From the human T2T-CHM13v2.0 reference genome, Homo sapiens, in assembly GCF_009914755.1 (NCBI RefSeq), contig NC_060926.1: a DNA stretch of 64,000 nucleotides; one strand, 5' to 3'. The position numbers and the translations under genes are program-made. Below, piece by piece: positions 57,577 through 64,000 of the stretch; the stretch's first letter is position 1; the number at the start of each line of letters is the position of its first letter. The notes under the pieces are model-generated. The model ran no database searches. It worked only from the letters and a program-made list of their open reading frames with translations, and was not told the origin of the DNA.

Positions 57577-58180
57577 TGTTATTAATTGCGATAATGTTTC
57601 TTTCCTGGAATTAAGCAGAAATCAACTCCTGAAAAATATTGCCAAAACAACTATACCTAGAAAATTTCCCAACTGACCCCAATAGACCACCTAACACCAG
57701 CCTACCAAACCACCCCCACTTTGCAGTCCTACCACAACTCTGATTAGACAGAAGACCAGTCTTATAAATATTCTTTATTGATAACTAGTCATAGACCTCA
57801 AGCCAGTTTCAGCCAGCTTATAAAGACTGCACACAAACTGTCTTCGTGCCCTAGAGTTCACCTCTTGACAGAAAGAGCCCAAATCCACCTCATTTTAATG
57901 CCAAAACCCAACCCTGAAAGTAAACACAGAATGTATGTTAAATATATGTTTACCCACTGCACATGTGCCCGGCTTCCCTCATAAATATGCATAGCTTTTC
58001 CCCAGCCCTGCTTAATATGTACGTAAACACATAAACCATCTTCTCCCTCCCTTCTCTTCGGAGCATGCACATTTGGTTCTCCCTAGAAGCTGCTATACCC
58101 AATCTGCGAATTGTTTCTCCCTTTGAAAATAAAGTCTTCCTTTTTTCTTCCTTCATGGATCTTATAGTCTTTTGTTAACA
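57577..58180 (+). mobile_element. ERV1-type LTR, family uncertain
   Basis: TG...CA ends, AATAAA ~50 nt before end (cttttgttaaca), ERV1-like aagccagtttcagccagctt; TSD not evident. Confidence 0.6.
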
Positions 58181-58936
58181 TAATCTAAGGTAAACTAGAT
58201 CCTAACATATATTGCCAGGTGGAAACCATTGAACAAGTCAGACCAAAAAAAATCATATTTGTGGTTGTTTTCTTCCCCCATCAAACAGAGCCTTCCTTTG
58301 AATGGAAATTTCCTCTCTATTGTCTTGGACTATGATTTATTTCTTACTAGTGCTATGCAATGGTTTTGAACATTGGACTTAATTTCTGTTTAAAATTTCC
58401 CATGAAGTTTTCATCTCAGAAGCCTTCAAGTACATACAAAAATCCATGAAGCAATCAACTATAGTATTTGGTATTCCAAGAGCTACATTCTAGAAATACA
58501 AACACAAGAAGATACAGAAATGTTTATGATGAGTTTCATAGAGCTGGCATCATAGCAACAGCTAATAGAATGAATAAAATTGAAGTTATATATCTGTCAA
58601 TTCTCAGGAACCTTACACACAGTTATAGGACAAAGAGAGCCAACTCATCCATTTTGTCAAGACATTATCTAGCCCATCCCACTGGTTTTAGGAGAGTGTA
58701 TCTACGACATTCTAGAGTGATAGTTTTCTGCCCTATTCAGCTGTGTCTTCTGATACTGGGCAACTCATAGTTGCAAATTATTTACTCTCAGTAAAAGGAG
58801 CTCCTTAGCTTTCACTGATAAAATGAATCATATTTCTTATACTTACATGACCTTGAACTCAGTTCATTTTTCTTCATAGGGGACCTGTATGCGTTTTCCT
58901 AGAAACTGGGCATATTTGTTCGCTTGTCAGACATAA

Positions 58937-59770
58937 TGTGACATAACAAGAACTATATATTTTGTCCCATTTTATTTCCTGGCATACAGCTTTTCAAACC
59001 CTTAGGAACTCCCAGGTGATAACCTGTATTTTTGTATGCTAATGAGATGGCTGGTACCTGGGGGATCCTGGATAGCCTCCTTATGGGGGCTGGTTGCTAA
59101 GGTGACCAGTCATGTGATTCAGGCATTGAAACTTTCAGCCTCACCCTCACTCCAACATTCTGGGAGGAGATGGGCTGAAGGTTGAGTTAAGCACCAACGA
59201 CCAATTATTTAATCAATTATGCCTATGTGATTAAGCCTCTATCCCATCAAAACTTAAAGAGGTTCAGAGAGCTTCCAGGCTGTTGAATACGTGGAGGTGC
59301 TGAAAGGGTGGCATATTCAGAGAGGGAATGGCATCTCCACCTCTCCCCACCTACGTTGCCCTAGGCATTTCTTCCTTCTAGCTGTTCCTAAATTGTTTAA
59401 TATTATAATAACCTGGTAATCTAATAAGTAAATAGTTTTCCTGAGTTTTTGAGACATTCTTGCAAATAATTGAATCCAAGGAGAGGGAGGTGGGAACCTC
59501 TGACTTCAAGCCCATCAGTCATAAGCACAGGTGATAATCTGGACTTGTACTGGTTTCTGAAGTGGAGGTTGGGAGAAGCCTTTGGGACTGAACCCCTAAT
59601 CTATGGTATTTGTGCTAATGCCAGATCTTGTCAGAATTGAATTAAACTGTAGGACATACAGCTGGTGTTGGAGGTATGGTCAGTGTGGGGAAAAAGCCAC
59701 ACATTTAGTCATAGATGTAGTCTATATTGAGTGACAGTATAGAGAAAAGTGGTTTGGCTTTTCTACACAC
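58937..59770 (+). mobile_element. MER21 LTR
   Basis: gtatgctaatgagatggctgg, ggttcagagagcttccagg, gtcagaattgaattaaactgtaggaca. Confidence 0.85.
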
Positions 59771-59889
59771 ACAGGAAGAGAGAAGAGTTGTGTACTATGC
59801 TCTTCCTACCATATGTCCTTTGGAATTTGGATGAATTCTGATATTTTATCTCTGCCATTTAATGTTTATGCTGATTTAATCTTAATTTA

Positions 59890-59891
<2 letters not shown>

Positions 59892-59940
<49 letters not shown>
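59892..59940. repeat. (TA)24 microsatellite
   Basis: Counted directly. Confidence 0.95.
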
Positions 59941-59942
<2 letters not shown>

Positions 59943-60043
59943 CATCTTATTTAATGAAGATGTTGCTATAATATTGGGTATAAATTCTAAACTATAAGTG
60001 ATATAATACCTGAAAACAACCATCAAATAAAGAAATTGTAATA

Positions 60044-60737
<694 letters not shown>

Positions 60738-60749
60738 TACAGGCTTATA

Positions 60750-60910
60750 AAATGTTAGAGTTAGAAGAGACCCTAGATATCATCTAAGCCTCCTTTTTCA
60801 TAAGTAAATAAACTAAGACTCAAAGGGCTGTAGTGGTTTGCCCACGGCCAGAAAGCTAGTTAAGAATGAGTAGAATCCTGGCCTGTTGACTCCTATCATG
60901 CTTTCCAGGA
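60750..60910 (+). mobile_element. MIR
   Basis: aaactaagactcaaagggctgtagtggtttgcccacggccagaaagctagt. Confidence 0.65.
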
Positions 60911-60970
60911 CACTGCATTGTATATACTCAAGCTTATACCTCAGAACTTCTTAAGAAAAGAGAAGAAACT

Positions 60971-61275
<305 letters not shown>

Positions 61276-62759
61276 AAACTTAATAAAGTATGAAGCCGAT
61301 CTATAGAATTGCGTTAGTGCCTTTTGTCTATGTTTTCTTTCATTTTTGCAAATTAGTGATACAATTAGCCCAATGATAAGATGAAATTTGAATTAATGTC
61401 TAATTAGGGGAATTAGCTTGATTGGCTGTCTACCCAATGACAAAGTTGCTCTGAGCTATATAGATAGAACTATGTTGTTTGCCCTCCCTGGGCCACCACA
61501 AAAATCGCCACCCTTACCAATCTGGGACGAGGTTCAGCTTTGGCTTCTTCTGGGTTCAGATATGTTTAAAATGTTATTTTAGAATTTATCTATTATCCAG
61601 AAACCATTAATAGGCTAACTCTCAAGGAGAATGTGCTAACAATTGTCTGTGAGGCTACATTCAGCTAAATAAACATAAACACCATTCCACTTTCTGTAAA
61701 TAGAATTAATGAATTTTACCATTTTGAAAATTTGGTTTTTAAAAAGTCAGAATAGACACCAACTTGCCAACCTGCAATTCTCACCTAACCTCATGGGAGA
61801 TATTTATGTTTTTATTATTTTTCTACCTTTGTAACAGAATGTTGATATTAGTAATATACAAGCAATTTTTTTAAGAGGTGATTAGTTATCATTTGGAAAA
61901 ATGAACCAATGAATGATCATAAAAGATGGAATTTACATGTACTTTACGTAGATTAATGCAATAATTTAATCCAATGTTTAAAATGCATTTGTTTGTGCAG
62001 TAGTAACTATGAAGAATGTTCTTTAAATGCACTTTTTAATTTTATTTTTCTATTGTCCTCTCCCTATGAATTTCTCCTGTGGATCTACAATATCTGCATG
62101 TTCCAATTTCTGAATAGTTCATTGGAAAATTTTCTAAGCCCAGAAATTATTTCAGTTTCTGTCTTAGGTTGAGTTAGACTCTATTGGTAATTATGTGATC
62201 ACAGTTTCTTAATACAGACTTTCTTCATGGTTCAGTTGTGAATTAATGTTTAACTCACCAAATTGTTCAGGACATGAATTCTCTTTTTATGAAGTTGTCA
62301 ATAAATCAAGGACACTGTGTAGAAACTTCTAAGGGAGACATTTTTTCCAGTAATATAATTCTAGTATGGTATAGGGCTTAAATTTATAGTCACATGGGAA
62401 ACATAACTGTGGGAATACAATACTGTTATATAATGTTATCTTTCGTGTAAGTACATATTTTCCAGCTGGGTGCAACTTAGGAGAGTTTGATATTTATGAT
62501 CACCTAGGTTTGAAGTGGAGCTGGACATTACAGTTGTGGAGAAATAAAAATAGGGTGTTCAAGTAATTTCACGGTATCAGAATAATCACATGCAAAACAA
62601 ACACATGTTTTAGTATTGGTGTCAACAAAACATTAGGAACCTACCCATAAAGAAGTAGTTTAAACTTTAATAGGTATTCTGGAATGCAGTCCCCACCCTC
62701 ACCCCTCCCCACAGTGAAGAAACACAACAGATCCCTAATATCCAACAGAGCACATAAAC

Positions 62760-62985
62760 ACAGTGATTTGAGAACATGGACTCTGAAGACAGATTCAAAT
62801 CCTGGCTTCACCACTACATACTATCTATATGACTTTAATCAAATTACCTAACCTTTCTAAACCTTAGTTTTTACATCTATAAAAGGGGAATAATATAAAT
62901 TTCTTAAAGGTTAATTTAAGCTTAAAATTAGTGACAACCTAAAGTTTTCCTCATAATGCCTGAGGTGTTCAATACATTTCAATAC
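62760..62985 (-). mobile_element. MIR
   Basis: ttcaaatcctggcttcaccact...aattacctaacctttctaaaccttagtttttacatctataaaaggg. Confidence 0.8.
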
Positions 62986-63884
62986 ATACACAATGACACA
63001 GTGCCTCCTATCATATTTGAATACATTAATCACATTTATTTGGATTAATGTATTCAAGTATGATAGAAGACACTATCATTATTCCTCTGATCATTTCAAT
63101 TGATTAAGTGCAGTTAAAGCATTTGGGATCCCTAAAAAGTTGTAAAACATAACTTATTGGAAATATAAGGGGTCAACAACAGTACAGAATCTCCTCAAAG
63201 AATCTGTAAATCACAAAAAAAAAAAACAAAAAAAACCTCCAAAAACAAAAATAAAATATAAACTTGAGATTCTCACAGCACTTCCCTCGAAGTGTGGGTG
63301 GGTAGTTTTCTCCAGAAAGAGCCACTTGCATAATATTTATTTTCTTGAGAAAATAATTACTTTGACAGGCATCTTTACATCTAAACTGAAATATACCATT
63401 ATTCAATATCACTGAATGAGTAATAGAGTACTAATAATATGAATGGTAATGACATTTTACTAATGAAAAATTTATCATTTTTATGAGACTTTCATGTTAT
63501 TTACTTCATTTGATACTCAGGAGTGATCTTCAATTCCATCAACTATAAAAATGAATAAGAAATCTGGCCAAAGTAATACAGTTTGAAAATAGCATGACTC
63601 AAACCTTCATCTCTTTTTATATTCATAAATGCCTCAGGTATAATTATCCTACTGGACAGAATGGGTGACTGCTGCTTATAAACAGATGGAAAACAAGACA
63701 TATGTCAAGCAGTAAAACATTATATGACTCCAGTAATTATTTCAATAATAATTTTCTATCATGTAAAAAAAATCACTGAGTGATAACCTTAATGATAGCA
63801 GATAAAATGACATAATAGTAATAGTATACTTTAGGGGTCAGAAAGTGGATTTGAAATCTCACTTTCCCTTTCCATAATGGTGTC

Positions 63885-64000
63885 AACACTTGCTGAATGC
63901 CCACAATGGGCAAGGCCTGTGCCACACACTAAGGTTATATGAATAAAGAATAAGAACAGGTTCTCTACCCTAAAGGAGTGCACAATCTGGCAGAGGAAGC
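63885..64000 (-). mobile_element. L2 3' end
   Basis: ttgctgaatgcccacaatgggcaaggcctgtgc...ctaccctaaaggagtgcacaatctgg. Confidence 0.6.

Overview
Primate (very likely human) AT-rich, CpG-depleted non-coding genomic DNA, well over half of it transposable-element relics. It holds about 13 Alus, several L1s (old L1M and L1PA13-16-like), L2/MIR, ERVL/MaLR and ERV1/ERVK solo LTRs, two DNA transposon relics and several microsatellites. I see no credible protein-coding gene, tRNA, rRNA or CRISPR array. The listed ORFs fall in Alu, L1, LTR or low-complexity sequence. Repeat family names come from recalled consensus sequences and need RepeatMasker/Dfam confirmation. Target-site duplications (TSDs) and internal duplications were read directly from the sequence. 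The most notable structures are: (1) an old ~570-bp direct duplication 6.25 kb apart that carries an LTR together with its flanks; (2) a fragmented, inverted L1 at 11.3-15.3 kb; (3) a twin-primed L1 with a possible 3' transduction; (4) a microduplication/palindrome scar at ~39 kb; (5) two candidate unannotated exons. I cannot support a claim of a new biological system from this sequence alone.
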